Positions 9,440 through 18,690 of a stretch of 64,000 bases of DNA are shown piece by piece (positions within the stretch are counted from its first letter, which is position 1; every line of letters starts with the position of its first letter). Location of the stretch: IMG/VR virus record IMGVR_UViG_3300033156_000439, positions 17,824 through 81,823 of that record; one strand, written 5' to 3'. Below the pieces are notes generated by a model, which worked only from the letters and a program-made list of their open reading frames with translations, was not told the DNA's origin and searched no databases. The translations under genes were made by a program, and so were the position numbers. This DNA is from a virus.

Positions 9440-10503
9440 TCTCCACTCAGCAATGGCAGTATCTCTTTACCTATGTTCTTCATCAGTTCCCTAAAGTTCT
9501 CATCACCGAGCATCTTTGAAAACATCTCTGAGGGCATTGAGTTCTTGTAATCTACAAGGAACGCTGCTGCCCCCTCAACGAATCCACCATATTCGGGATC
9601 CTTTCCCTTCTCCCAAATCGCTCTTACATATTTAAAGTACGCCTTTGAGTAGCTCATTTGCTTCTTCGAATTCTTCTCTCTACTTATCACGGAAAGAAGA
9701 GTTTGTATTGTGTAGGTTAGGACGTCAAATTCACTCGGTATATCACTAACGTCTCCTTTCAATATCTTTTGTATGTCTGGAAGTTTATCTCTTAAATCTG
9801 TGAAGGCTAAGAACTTGGCTGCCACTGAACCCCCGATCGAACCAGAGAGATCTTCGATGCTTGACAGTCCTTGCTCTAAGAGAAGAGATACTCGTTCCCA
9901 TCCTCTTCCACAAGTTACTTTCTCTCCTCTGTGCTCTGGCAGTATATACAGGTCTTCGGGATGAGCACTCAAGTAGGCTATAATCTCTGGAGCGATGTGA
10001 TTTTTCAATGCCCACGCTTTCCATACTTGTATGTCAGGTTCTACGTAGATCTCATGAAGACGTGCTTCGAGTGGTATCTCAAGATCCCCAACGACTGCTC
10101 CATGTTCTCTCTTGTTTCCCGTTCCACATGGGACTATTCCATCTGGTAGTGGTGTATCTCCGATCATTCTGTCGTAGAATACACGATACAGTGCTTTCTG
10201 CATTTCATTGGAAGCGTGATTCAACTCATCGAACAATAGGAATCCTTGAGCATCATCTGGATACTTTGCCCACTCTGGTGGAAGTTGAAGAACCACTCCG
10301 GAACTTGGATCTGGAACTGTCCAGCCTTCCAAATCAGGGGGTTCCAAGGTTAGCAACGATTTAGAAACGCAAAGCACTCCCATCTCTTGAGCAGTTTGTC
10401 GTATGATCGAAGACTTCCCCACTCCAGTTGGACCCCAAAGAATAAAGGGAATCCTCTTTTCGTATAATTTTTTAATTCTTTCTTTCGTTTCCCGTAGGTT
10501 CAT
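9436..10503 (-). CDS. MoxR-like AAA+ ATPase (probable partner of the DUF2201 vWA protein)
   Basis: Walker A GPTGVGKS, Walker B LLFDELN, DLEG, GTGN, PLEARL and RGWERVS motifs. Confidence 0.9.
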   Translation of the reverse strand: MNLRETKERIKKLYEKRIPFILWGPTGVGKSSIIRQTAQEMGVLCVSKSLLTLEPPDLEGWTVPDPSSGVVLQLPPEWAKYPDDAQGFLLFDELNHASNEMQKALYRVFYDRMIGDTPLPDGIVPCGTGNKREHGAVVGDLEIPLEARLHEIYVEPDIQVWKAWALKNHIAPEIIAYLSAHPEDLYILPEHRGEKVTCGRGWERVSLLLEQGLSSIEDLSGSIGGSVAAKFLAFTDLRDKLPDIQKILKGDVSDIPSEFDVLTYTIQTLLSVISREKNSKKQMSYSKAYFKYVRAIWEKGKDPEYGGFVEGAAAFLVDYKNSMPSEMFSKMLGDENFRELMKNIGKEILPLLSGE

Positions 10504-10735
10504 TCTCTTTCAATACCTCCTTTATTTTTTCTTCTATTTCCCGAACCGCTATCATCAATCCGTCAGACATATAGCTATACTTTAATTGCTCTTCTTGATC
10601 AGTTTCGTTACAAGCTTTTTCTTCGAGTTCTATGGCTTTCTCTAATATTCTAATCCCAATGCTTTTCAATACTGTTACTGACTCTTCATTCATTCTCGTA
10701 TCCTCCTCAATTACACATTCACCTATGAAAGGCAT
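10472..10735 (-). CDS. Hypothetical protein
   Basis: 87 aa ORF with GGTGA RBS. Confidence 0.6.
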   Translation of the reverse strand: MPFIGECVIEEDTRMNEESVTVLKSIGIRILEKAIELEEKACNETDQEEQLKYSYMSDGLMIAVREIEEKIKEVLKENEPTGNERKN

Positions 10736-10776
10736 GCTTCTTCACCTTATTCTTTTATTGGAAGAGTATGTGAGTC

Positions 10777-11955
10777 CTAAATTATGACATATCGCCTCTT
10801 CTTTAATCCCTCCGCGTAATTGTTTAGGGCTTCAAGGATAGTTGTATTTCTCAAGAATTCTGATCCCTCGTATCCTTTCTCAAGAATCTGAGATATATCT
10901 CGTTTCATACCTTCTATAATAAAACTTCTTAAAAGAAAGAGTTGATGATTAAGAATAGCTGGAGCTTCTTCTATTATCCAAGATGAACAGTAAGCATCAT
11001 AAAGACTCATTGATATCATTTCATTAAAACTCTTTAAAAGATGATAATTAATAAACTTTATTATCTTTCCTGCAACAATCTCGAAGTGTTGTGGGAGGCA
11101 CTCAGTGGAGGAACATGATAGGAATGAAGAATGAACTGGTAGACGATAATAAATACGCTCCCGTATCTTGGGATCTCTAATTTTTATGCCCCTATTGAGA
11201 TTAACATAAATTGGAATCGTGTGTATGCTTATCTCGCCTAATATGTCGTGGATGTAAATTGGAGGAAAGTCAGAAATTCTTATAGAGTCCGTTCTCATAC
11301 GATATAATTCACCGTCCGATGATTCATAATCAAACTCTTGTGCCTTTTCCTTCTCTTCAGTATATCGTTCCCTAATCCCCTCCAGTATCCACATCGCCAA
11401 ATAAGGAGTCGCTGAAATATCACTCTTTGCAAGATAGATGATACGATCTACTATATGCCTATTGACAGCCCATTCTGAGTTCGATTCAAATGAAAAGATT
11501 TGCAAAAACTCTTGTCTGTACTCATTTAAGTGTCTTCTCTTCCTTCCTCCACGAAAAAAATGAGAATCTATATCCTCTACGATCTCTCTATTTTTCAACA
11601 ATCGATCATATAATAAATTAGTGAACTTTAATAAATTGATTGGATTGGAAAGGTACGCCTCCGCATCCACTACTTTCCATTGGTTCGTTTCTATCTTGGA
11701 CTCCTTTCCGTTTATGTCTTCGATTACGAAATTACAAGTCCTCGTAAATTGAATCTCTTTCACGAAATATATCTCATCTTCTTTAGGAGGCAGTGAGTGA
11801 GGTGATATCGTTTTTCCAAATAGTCCAAGGATATACCACGCGGGTATATCTTCCCAAAGCTTGGAAACGTTAATTTTCTTCATCGTTATCACCCAGTTCT
11901 TCCTCAAGAAATTGAGACTGTTGAAAGATAAACTCTTGAGCTTCCTGCCATTCAT
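10777..11955 (-). CDS. Hypothetical protein
   Basis: 392 aa ORF, no motif recognised; start may lie further in. Confidence 0.7.
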   Translation of the reverse strand: MNGRKLKSLSFNSLNFLRKNWVITMKKINVSKLWEDIPAWYILGLFGKTISPHSLPPKEDEIYFVKEIQFTRTCNFVIEDINGKESKIETNQWKVVDAEAYLSNPINLLKFTNLLYDRLLKNREIVEDIDSHFFRGGRKRRHLNEYRQEFLQIFSFESNSEWAVNRHIVDRIIYLAKSDISATPYLAMWILEGIRERYTEEKEKAQEFDYESSDGELYRMRTDSIRISDFPPIYIHDILGEISIHTIPIYVNLNRGIKIRDPKIRERIYYRLPVHSSFLSCSSTECLPQHFEIVAGKIIKFINYHLLKSFNEMISMSLYDAYCSSWIIEEAPAILNHQLFLLRSFIIEGMKRDISQILEKGYEGSEFLRNTTILEALNNYAEGLKKRRYVII

Positions 11956-11972
11956 TAGACTTCAGTCTCAAT

Positions 11973-12332
11973 CTAATCATATTTTTTAATTATGGACTTA
12001 ATCTGATACGAAACTTCTGCAAGACTATCGAACTTGCCCCACCAGTATCTTTTGTCTTCACTCTCTGTGGCACAGTCCTCTGCCCAATCTCTTTCCCCTT
12101 TTATGCACACTAATAAGTTTTTCAGTTCTTCAATGATGTCCTTTGACATTTCAGATCTAAGTTGTTCATAAGTTCGATTAGGTAGATTTGAACGAAAAAG
12201 ACTAAGTAATTTTGTTGTATCTTCAGCTATTTCATCATCACTTGGAAAATCTGAAGGAGTCAATTCAATTTTTAGAGGATGACTCGATCTGGCTCCGTGG
12301 ATTTTTATTGTTTTCATTTTATATGTACCCAT
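11973..12332 (-). CDS. Hypothetical protein
   Basis: 119 aa co-oriented ORF. Confidence 0.6.
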   Translation of the reverse strand: MGTYKMKTIKIHGARSSHPLKIELTPSDFPSDDEIAEDTTKLLSLFRSNLPNRTYEQLRSEMSKDIIEELKNLLVCIKGERDWAEDCATESEDKRYWWGKFDSLAEVSYQIKSIIKKYD

Positions 12333-13209
12333 ATAGTTTGGCTAAGATTATAGACTTGTTCCCAGATTTATCTGTACTCTTGATTATTCGTTCTTCCCCA
12401 TCTTCTTCGAAAACAAAAGCACCTCCCCGTGATGTCACATAATTATAGGCTTCTTGTTTATCCCTGAAGGATAGTTTTTTGACCACATCGAGAAACTGTT
12501 CCCCTCTGAAATAAGTGCCCTCAACTCTACCATCCTCTTTACTATCCTTATTTTCTTTCTTTTTCTTGTAGTCTTTTACTTCGTATTTTCCTTTACCTAC
12601 TTTCACTATTTTTCCTCTCTTCCCCCAACCTGTATCTTGATTATAGAAGCTACGCCAGTCCCATTTCCATGTAAGATCTGTAAATCTACGTTTTCCATCT
12701 ACTCGGAAGCTGCCAATCAAGATAGGATCTTTTCTTCGTTCCAACAAAAGCACAAACTTTGATCCTCCGAGCATTTCTTGGAACTCCTTTGATAACATCA
12801 TTAGAATTAACTGCCTCTCTGTTAGTCGAAGAGAAGACAAAAACAAGGTAAATTTCGCTGTATCGCTAAGTTCATCGTAACTATTCCATGACGAAAACGC
12901 CGACATGTGTCCTCTGTGGAATAATATGGCTCTCCTCTTTCCTTTCAGTGTGACTACGAACGGGTGAGTTAGTTTCGGTTTGACCTCCCCAGCACTCGCC
13001 ATCCTCCAGTGTGATACCACCGGATACTTTCCTTGTACCTCATCAAGAACTTGATATGCACCATCTGGATCCATCAAGCCTTTCATTACGTTCCACTTGT
13101 TTCCTTTGAAATACGCAAACCCGAACCCATCAGGATTCTGGTTCCATATTTTCTCGAACTCGTCGTACTCTACTTTTCCGCCCTCTTTAATCACGGCTAT
13201 TTGACACAT
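12319..13209 (-). CDS. Class II glutamine amidotransferase (Ntn hydrolase)
   Basis: Cys2 nucleophile (MCQI), NPDGFG, HWRMASAG, THPF and SDT motifs. Confidence 0.85.
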   Translation of the reverse strand: MCQIAVIKEGGKVEYDEFEKIWNQNPDGFGFAYFKGNKWNVMKGLMDPDGAYQVLDEVQGKYPVVSHWRMASAGEVKPKLTHPFVVTLKGKRRAILFHRGHMSAFSSWNSYDELSDTAKFTLFLSSLRLTERQLILMMLSKEFQEMLGGSKFVLLLERRKDPILIGSFRVDGKRRFTDLTWKWDWRSFYNQDTGWGKRGKIVKVGKGKYEVKDYKKKKENKDSKEDGRVEGTYFRGEQFLDVVKKLSFRDKQEAYNYVTSRGGAFVFEEDGEERIIKSTDKSGNKSIILAKLYGYI

Positions 13210-13210
13210 C

Positions 13211-13567
13211 TTATTTCTTCCTCCTCCTTCTTCTAAATAAACACTCTATTGCTCGTTTCAACCGTTCAGGATCTCTTCGAATCATTTTTTGTCTGAAGGT
13301 ATACGGTAAACCAACAATTATAGTTCTACCATCCATGAATCTGTTTAAACTCTCAGAATTTATGATCCTCAAGTCACAGTCGATTAGATTTTTCTTCACG
13401 ATATTATAGCTCTTCGGATCCCCAACGTATACTCTATCACCGTGAGAATATGACACTCCGAAGACTACTATTCTCTCGATCCCTGGAATATCCACTTCAA
13501 CATCGACCTCCTCTCGTGGGAGATGGTCATCATATCGATTACATACTACTTTCATTGAAACAAACAC
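13211..13567 (-). CDS. Hypothetical protein, paralog of 13552..13860
   Basis: Shared MKV..,(I/V)xRIxVFG and VGLPxxFR..LKxx(I/L)xCLF. Confidence 0.7.
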   Translation of the reverse strand: MFVSMKVVCNRYDDHLPREEVDVEVDIPGIERIVVFGVSYSHGDRVYVGDPKSYNIVKKNLIDCDLRIINSESLNRFMDGRTIIVGLPYTFRQKMIRRDPERLKRAIECLFRRRRRKK

Positions 13568-13860
13568 CTCAGAACTTTTTTCAAAACTTCTGTATCACCT
13601 TTGATATACTGCAATCTAAATAAATGTGGTAGTCCAACACCTATTACACCTTCTTCCTTTTCTCCTCGAAAATCCACTTTGATTATCTTTGCATCAGTTG
13701 TATTTCTTCTGATGTGATCCGCCCACTCGCTTGAAATGAGAATCTCATCTCCACAACTACCGAATACCTCGATTCGTTTAACGTTTTCTAATCCCTTTAT
13801 TTGCATTGGAACTCTTTTTTTAGGCAAGCCCTCAAAATCTCCGATATATGTTACTTTCAT
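13552..13860 (-). CDS. Hypothetical protein, paralog of 13211..13567
   Basis: VKRIEVFG and VGLPHLFRLQYIKGDTEVLKKVLRCLF. Confidence 0.7.
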   Translation of the reverse strand: MKVTYIGDFEGLPKKRVPMQIKGLENVKRIEVFGSCGDEILISSEWADHIRRNTTDAKIIKVDFRGEKEEGVIGVGLPHLFRLQYIKGDTEVLKKVLRCLFQ

Positions 13861-14579
13861 AACTTCCTAACTAATCTTCTTTGAATATCCTCGAATTTAA
13901 AAGGATCTTTTATGAATTTCTTTATGAATAGCGTTACCACGAGTAATTGGCGATACGTAGTTATCTTAGGCAATCTGAATTCGACCGTGCCGAGACCATT
14001 AGTCATTGTATTAACGAAGAAATATCGTTCATTGGGTTCATCTTGATTTGCAAACTCATTTGGATTTCTGCCCCACAGGCGTCTGTCTGTTACAACGTCT
14101 TCGAGATACCCCTGTGCTCTTTCGATTCTTTGCAATTCATCAGAAGACACTCCCACATGAATATGCGATGATACAAGATAAGTCTTTAGATAATCTGAGT
14201 AATCTTCATATATCGGTCTGAGCGACTGAACAAAAGAACGCCTTGACAAATAAATCGGAGATTTCATTTCACAATCGCTCACGGTTGCATCCTCCGTAGG
14301 AAGGAATCCTCTTAATAACAGTCTTGCAAATATTGCAGTTCGAATATGTTTATCTTCTTGATCTGGAGATCGAAACTCGAGTTCGGTGCCCCACGTATAA
14401 TCACCAGTATCCTTGGCTTTTCGTGTGCCTTTTACTATCTCGTTTCTTGATGGGTAAGGATGAGCATTATAGAAGTGGTTATCACAAATATATCCTATTC
14501 CCTTGACGTACACAGAACACGCTCTTTCTCTTTGACACAATCTGCACTTTTTAACATTAAATCCACGGATTCCGATCAT
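13857..14579 (-). CDS. Putative amidoligase (COOH-NH2 ligase fold) with N-terminal Cys cluster
   Basis: WGTELEF, EDATV..CEMKSP, SSHIHVG, RYFFVN and TVEFRL motifs. Confidence 0.8.
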   Translation of the reverse strand: MIGIRGFNVKKCRLCQRERACSVYVKGIGYICDNHFYNAHPYPSRNEIVKGTRKAKDTGDYTWGTELEFRSPDQEDKHIRTAIFARLLLRGFLPTEDATVSDCEMKSPIYLSRRSFVQSLRPIYEDYSDYLKTYLVSSHIHVGVSSDELQRIERAQGYLEDVVTDRRLWGRNPNEFANQDEPNERYFFVNTMTNGLGTVEFRLPKITTYRQLLVVTLFIKKFIKDPFKFEDIQRRLVRKL

Positions 14580-14812
14580 AGAACTATTTTACCTCTCAGT
14601 TCTAATTGGGTTACTGGATCAAAGTACTCCTCTATTTCGTACTTTTCGCTTTTCCTATACAACTCGTATAATTCTCTAAAATTCTTTCCCGGTTTGTGTA
14701 GGTTGCCGTCTGCGTCTCGAAATAGCGTCACCCCGACTCTCCTAAAATATATAAATTTCCCGAGTTTCTCGCCGTTCTTTTTTCGCACTACCAAATTAGA
14801 TACATTGTTCAT
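14576..14812 (-). CDS. Hypothetical protein
   Basis: 78 aa ORF with GGAGGTGA RBS. Confidence 0.6.
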   Translation of the reverse strand: MNNVSNLVVRKKNGEKLGKFIYFRRVGVTLFRDADGNLHKPGKNFRELYELYRKSEKYEIEEYFDPVTQLELRGKIVL

Positions 14813-14959
14813 TCTTTCCTCACCTCCTGTTTCTTTCCAAACTCAAATGCCTCTCGCTTATCATACGAGAGGACGAAAAACCACGAGGAAATGTCCACTC
14901 CTTCTTCTCCATTATAGGTATCACTCATTTTAATCCTCCAAGAATTTATATACGCCAGA

Positions 14960-15250
14960 CTACTCCTTATATTCCCCTATCTTTTCAATCTTCCATCCTC
15001 TTTCCACGAAGTCTATTAGTGTATATCTCACAGCCGGGCACTCTGGATCCTCTACTATAAACCCCAAGTGATAATAATCTGCATAACCCTCTCCGTCGCT
15101 ATATTTCTTGAATCGTACTATACCTTCATGTACAATCTTTCCTTTTTCGTTTGTTGCTCTCAGTATATCCCCAATCTTATACACTTTTCCGTCTATTTCT
15201 ACCCCATCTTTTCTCAATTTAATTGCGTACATTTCTCTTTCCTCCTTCAT
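14960..15250 (-). CDS. Hypothetical protein, weakly YopX-like
   Basis: YKIGDIL...IEKIG resembles the YopX C-terminal pattern. Confidence 0.4.
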   Translation of the reverse strand: MKEEREMYAIKLRKDGVEIDGKVYKIGDILRATNEKGKIVHEGIVRFKKYSDGEGYADYYHLGFIVEDPECPAVRYTLIDFVERGWKIEKIGEYKE

Positions 15251-15500
15251 CCAACAAGCCAGCCTTTGAGAGTTCTTGCGTGATATCCTGGACTGTGATT
15301 TCGAGCCCTTCTTTTCTTATCAACTGTTCAATGACATTTATCATTTCTTCCTCGTATTCAATTTTCGATGGCAGGGTAAAAACACGATCTAATATTTCCT
15401 TTAAGGTATAGTCTTTCAAATCATTTAAATATATAGAATAATAAGATATGAATTTAGTTATGTTGATAGCAACTTCTCTATTGATTGTTATTCTGCACAT
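15219..15500 (-). CDS. Hypothetical protein
   Basis: 93 aa ORF with GGTGG RBS. Confidence 0.55.
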   Translation of the reverse strand: MCRITINREVAINITKFISYYSIYLNDLKDYTLKEILDRVFTLPSKIEYEEEMINVIEQLIRKEGLEITVQDITQELSKAGLLDEGGKRNVRN

Positions 15501-15988
15501 GTAAGATAACCACCCCCAATTTTTCTATATCCTCTAAACTTTCGTTGTCTTTCTCATCTCCTATTAATTATTTCTCTTATTTCCTTTATTTCTTCCCACA
15601 AACTTTCTATCTCCTCGTCAATCATTCTTACGATTTCTCTTTCGGTTACTACTCTCCCTTTTGCGTATTCCTTTGCAATCTTTTCCAGTATTTTCATTTG
15701 TCACCTCCAATCAAATCCGTCACCAAAAAAGTTTTGGCGTTGCTCATTCACACTCTTTAATCTTCTTTCTTCCACTTTCCGATCACCCCCTATATTTGCC
15801 TATATCTATATATCCTCTCTATAATATATAAATATAAAATCAATCTTTTACATATAAATGAATCTTTATATTTCCAGCCTCCCGCCACTCCTCAATCTTA
15901 TAATAATATAATATATAAATATATAAAAATAAAGAGAATAAAAGGAGGGGGACTAAACGTCCTATATTCAATCAATCAATCTAAGCTT

Positions 15989-16036
15989 GATTAGTGCACC
16001 CGTGAGGACTTTCATCCTCAAACGGATGCACCAATC
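15989..16036 (-). ncRNA. RNA hairpin with GAAA tetraloop
   Basis: Minus strand GATTGGTGCATCCGT-TT-GAGGAT-GAAA-GTCCTC-ACGGGTGCACTAATC: 21 bp, fully paired if three G-U wobbles are allowed. Confidence 0.55.
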
Positions 16037-16789
16037 TATTTAGGCAGTGGGGCAGGAGCAAAGGAGGGGCTACTAAAGAGAAGCGTAAATTTTTCATCCG
16101 ATAAAGACAGCATCAATCTAAAAATGAATAGTAGAATCTTAATCTCTTTCCTCTTCTGCGTTCTTTTCTTCTCTCTAATAGAGAGAAGAACAAATAAACA
16201 AATAAAGGTATAAAGCATAAGACAAATAGGATAACATAATATGCTACACATAGGGATAGATTGAAAGATGTGCTTAACATTTTGCTTCTCACCTACCATA
16301 TTCTTCATGTATGCAATTTTTATTCTCATGGGTATATTATTATATTCCCCTCATTGGATATTTTGTTATGCTTCATAATTTTGCCCCTCATGTGATTTTC
16401 CCTCACCCTATCCCACCACATTTTGAGTATGTGAGTACCAAATTACAAAAATCCTAAATTTATCGCACATCATAACACAAAGACACCGGTTGGTGTTAAG
16501 CTTTATGTTGTTGTGAAGGATTCCTGGATGTGTGTTATTCCTTCATAAAGATGGCTTGGGATAACACATGTTCATACACAATTGGTATGAATTCACACCA
16601 CATTTTTATGCCGATCTGCATACATCCTGGCTGATGGGTAACACAAGATATGCTCACCCACAGCTTGCCCTCTTACAAAATGCTAAAATGCACACATGTG
16701 TACATGATATTTGAATTTTTCTTTAAGGGTTCATGAAAATTTTTGTTTATGAAAAATAGGGTTAAATAGGGGTTTAACCATAGGGTTAA

Positions 16790-17764
16790 TTGGTGATAAA
16801 AAGAAAAATGAACAAAACATCACCAAAGAAGGAAGAAAAAGAAGCTAAAGGAAGTAGCGAGCCTTTAGCACAAAAGGAGAAGAACGCTAAGGTAGAGAAG
16901 AAGGAAGAAATAAAGGAGGAGGAAAAAGAGGAAACAAGGGATAGGTACGTCATACAATACAATAAGACAACAGAGGAAGACAATTATGAAACGTTGCGGA
17001 AAGAAGGAAAGATGTGGGTAACAGATAAAAAGGAGAAAGCACAAGAGATCGCGGAGAAGCTTCTGAGTAAACATGTGGATTTAACGATGGTAAGGATATG
17101 CAGAGTGTCCAATAATATCCTTATACCGGAGATAGAATTGACCGGTAAGGATATTGTAATGAAAAACAAGGAAGTGTTGCCCAAAGAGATGCAAGGAGTA
17201 ATTAGCGAGGATATGCTACAATACATGGATGACTCAGAGATATCTTCTATCCGCAATTTGATAGCTGAATACATGAGGAAGAAACAAGAGATAGAAACAT
17301 TCAGCAGGCTTGCAGTGCAAAGGAGTGCTTTTAAGAAGAACAAGCAAAAGATGGAAAAGCTTGCGGAGATAAAGCGAAGTTATCAAGCTGCGAAGGAAGC
17401 TTACGAAGAAGCTAAAAAAGCTTGGGAAGAAGCGAAGGAAGCAGTCAACAGTTTCATTGAAGAAGAAGAAAAGCACCTTCCCGCGATCGGTCGATGGCTA
17501 AGAATAGAGATAACCGGTGTGGGAAGAACAGTGAGAAGAACATCGGGAAGGACACGCACGGCGGGGGGCAAAAGGGAGATAATCCTTAAGTTCCTCCGTG
17601 AACATAAGGGGGAAAGGTTCAAAGAGAGCGAAATAAGAAGGAAGCTTCAGGAGATAAACAAAGAATATTCATGGACTCAGCAGTCAACTTGGAACCCCCT
17701 TAAATCCTTGAGAGAGGAGGGGATAATCAGTCAGGACGACAAGGGAAGATATTATCTTCCCTAA
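16790..17764 (+). CDS. Coiled-coil protein with C-terminal winged-helix DNA-binding domain
   Basis: Lys/Glu-rich N-term, heptad region AKEAYEEAKKAWEEAKEA, C-term KREIILKFLRE..SEIRRKL..LKSLREEGIISQDDKGRYYL; likely start ATG 16808 after GGTGA. Confidence 0.75.
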   Translation: MVIKRKMNKTSPKKEEKEAKGSSEPLAQKEKNAKVEKKEEIKEEEKEETRDRYVIQYNKTTEEDNYETLRKEGKMWVTDKKEKAQEIAEKLLSKHVDLTMVRICRVSNNILIPEIELTGKDIVMKNKEVLPKEMQGVISEDMLQYMDDSEISSIRNLIAEYMRKKQEIETFSRLAVQRSAFKKNKQKMEKLAEIKRSYQAAKEAYEEAKKAWEEAKEAVNSFIEEEEKHLPAIGRWLRIEITGVGRTVRRTSGRTRTAGGKREIILKFLREHKGERFKESEIRRKLQEINKEYSWTQQSTWNPLKSLREEGIISQDDKGRYYLP

Positions 17765-17792
17765 TCTACTTTTCTTTAGGAGGGATAGAGAT

Positions 17793-17897
17793 ATGAGCGA
17801 AAGTGAAGAAATATTAAGCAAACTGGTCAAGGTGATAGCGAAGATAAGAGAAGATGAGGAGAAGCTACGAGAAATAGCGAGGAAACTAAAATGCTAA
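17793..17897 (+). CDS. Small coiled-coil peptide (34 aa)
   Basis: Manual: MSESEEILSKLVKVIAKIREDEEKLREIARKLKC, with GGAGG RBS. Confidence 0.5.
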   Translation: MSESEEILSKLVKVIAKIREDEEKLREIARKLKC

Positions 17898-18043
17898 TCA
17901 TTAAGAAGAATCCACTCCATCCCGAAACTGGAAGCTTATTTCTCAAATACCGGGATGGTGAGGAGGGGTTCATAAGAATGATCCCTGCCAGCGAGATGAG
18001 GGAGATCGAGGAGGGGAAAAGGGAGATAAGGAGGGAGGGATAA
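17891..18043 (+). CDS. Small hypothetical protein (50 aa)
   Basis: Manual: MLIIKKNPLHPETGSLFLKYRDGEEGFIRMIPASEMREIEEGKREIRREG; overlaps the upstream stop. Confidence 0.5.
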   Translation: MLIIKKNPLHPETGSLFLKYRDGEEGFIRMIPASEMREIEEGKREIRREG

Positions 18044-18145
18044 TTTCTTTTCCCTCAATTTTATTTCGCGTTATCTTTAAATTTTATTTGAATGATCGAA
18101 AAGCTTAAGGTTTACCACACCTATATATTAACTGGTGATAGAAAA

Positions 18146-18226
18146 ATGCGAGAAATAGCAATAGCTATGTATGTAGTGGCTTTTGTATTAACAATAAGCT
18201 ATTATGTGGTTATAACAATAACTTGA
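18146..18226 (+). CDS. Single-TM micropeptide (26 aa)
   Basis: Manual: MREIAIAMYVVAFVLTISYYVVITIT; upstream TTAACTGGTGATAGAAAAATG resembles TTAATTGGTGATAAAAAGAAAAATG before 16808. Confidence 0.45.
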   Translation: MREIAIAMYVVAFVLTISYYVVITIT

Positions 18227-18229
18227 TTT

Positions 18230-18690
18230 TTCTTATTCTTTATTATTTTTTGATTTTATGAATTTTTCATATTCTTTCATTATTTTTTCTTAAATTTTGT
18301 TATTCTGAATTCTTCATAAAAAATTTATGAGATTTGTGAAGAATTAAGATTTGTGAATTGTTCATAAAAGTAAAAAAATGAATCTTAAAAAATAAAATTT
18401 TATGAAAAATCCCGATTTTCTTCATAAAAAATAAGAATTCATAAGAAATTATAAAAATTTTCTTGATTTTATGCTCTTGATAGCAATTTTAAATTAATTT
18501 TTCTTATTAAATTTGAATTTTTCATCCAGAAATATCAAAAAATAAAATAAATATCAAGAAAAATAAGACAAAATTATAAGAAGTGAAATGAAATTCATAC
18601 GAAATCATAATATCCTGGGAAAAAATATGAATTTTTAATATGCTGGCATTAGCACACACCCACAGGGGGAGGGGGAGGGGGTGTCCCTAA
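18230..18690. repeat. AT-rich region with repeated TTCATAA/TTATGA motifs followed by a G-string; candidate origin or packaging site
   Basis: TTCATAA at about 18313, 18361, 18421 and 18438; TTTATGA at about 18255, 18324 and 18399; GGGGGAGGGGGAGGGGG at 18665-18681. Confidence 0.5.

Noticed and set aside
16036-16329. 97-aa minus-strand ORF as a real gene
   Set aside because: Low-complexity translation of a purine-skewed stretch with no convincing RBS or motif
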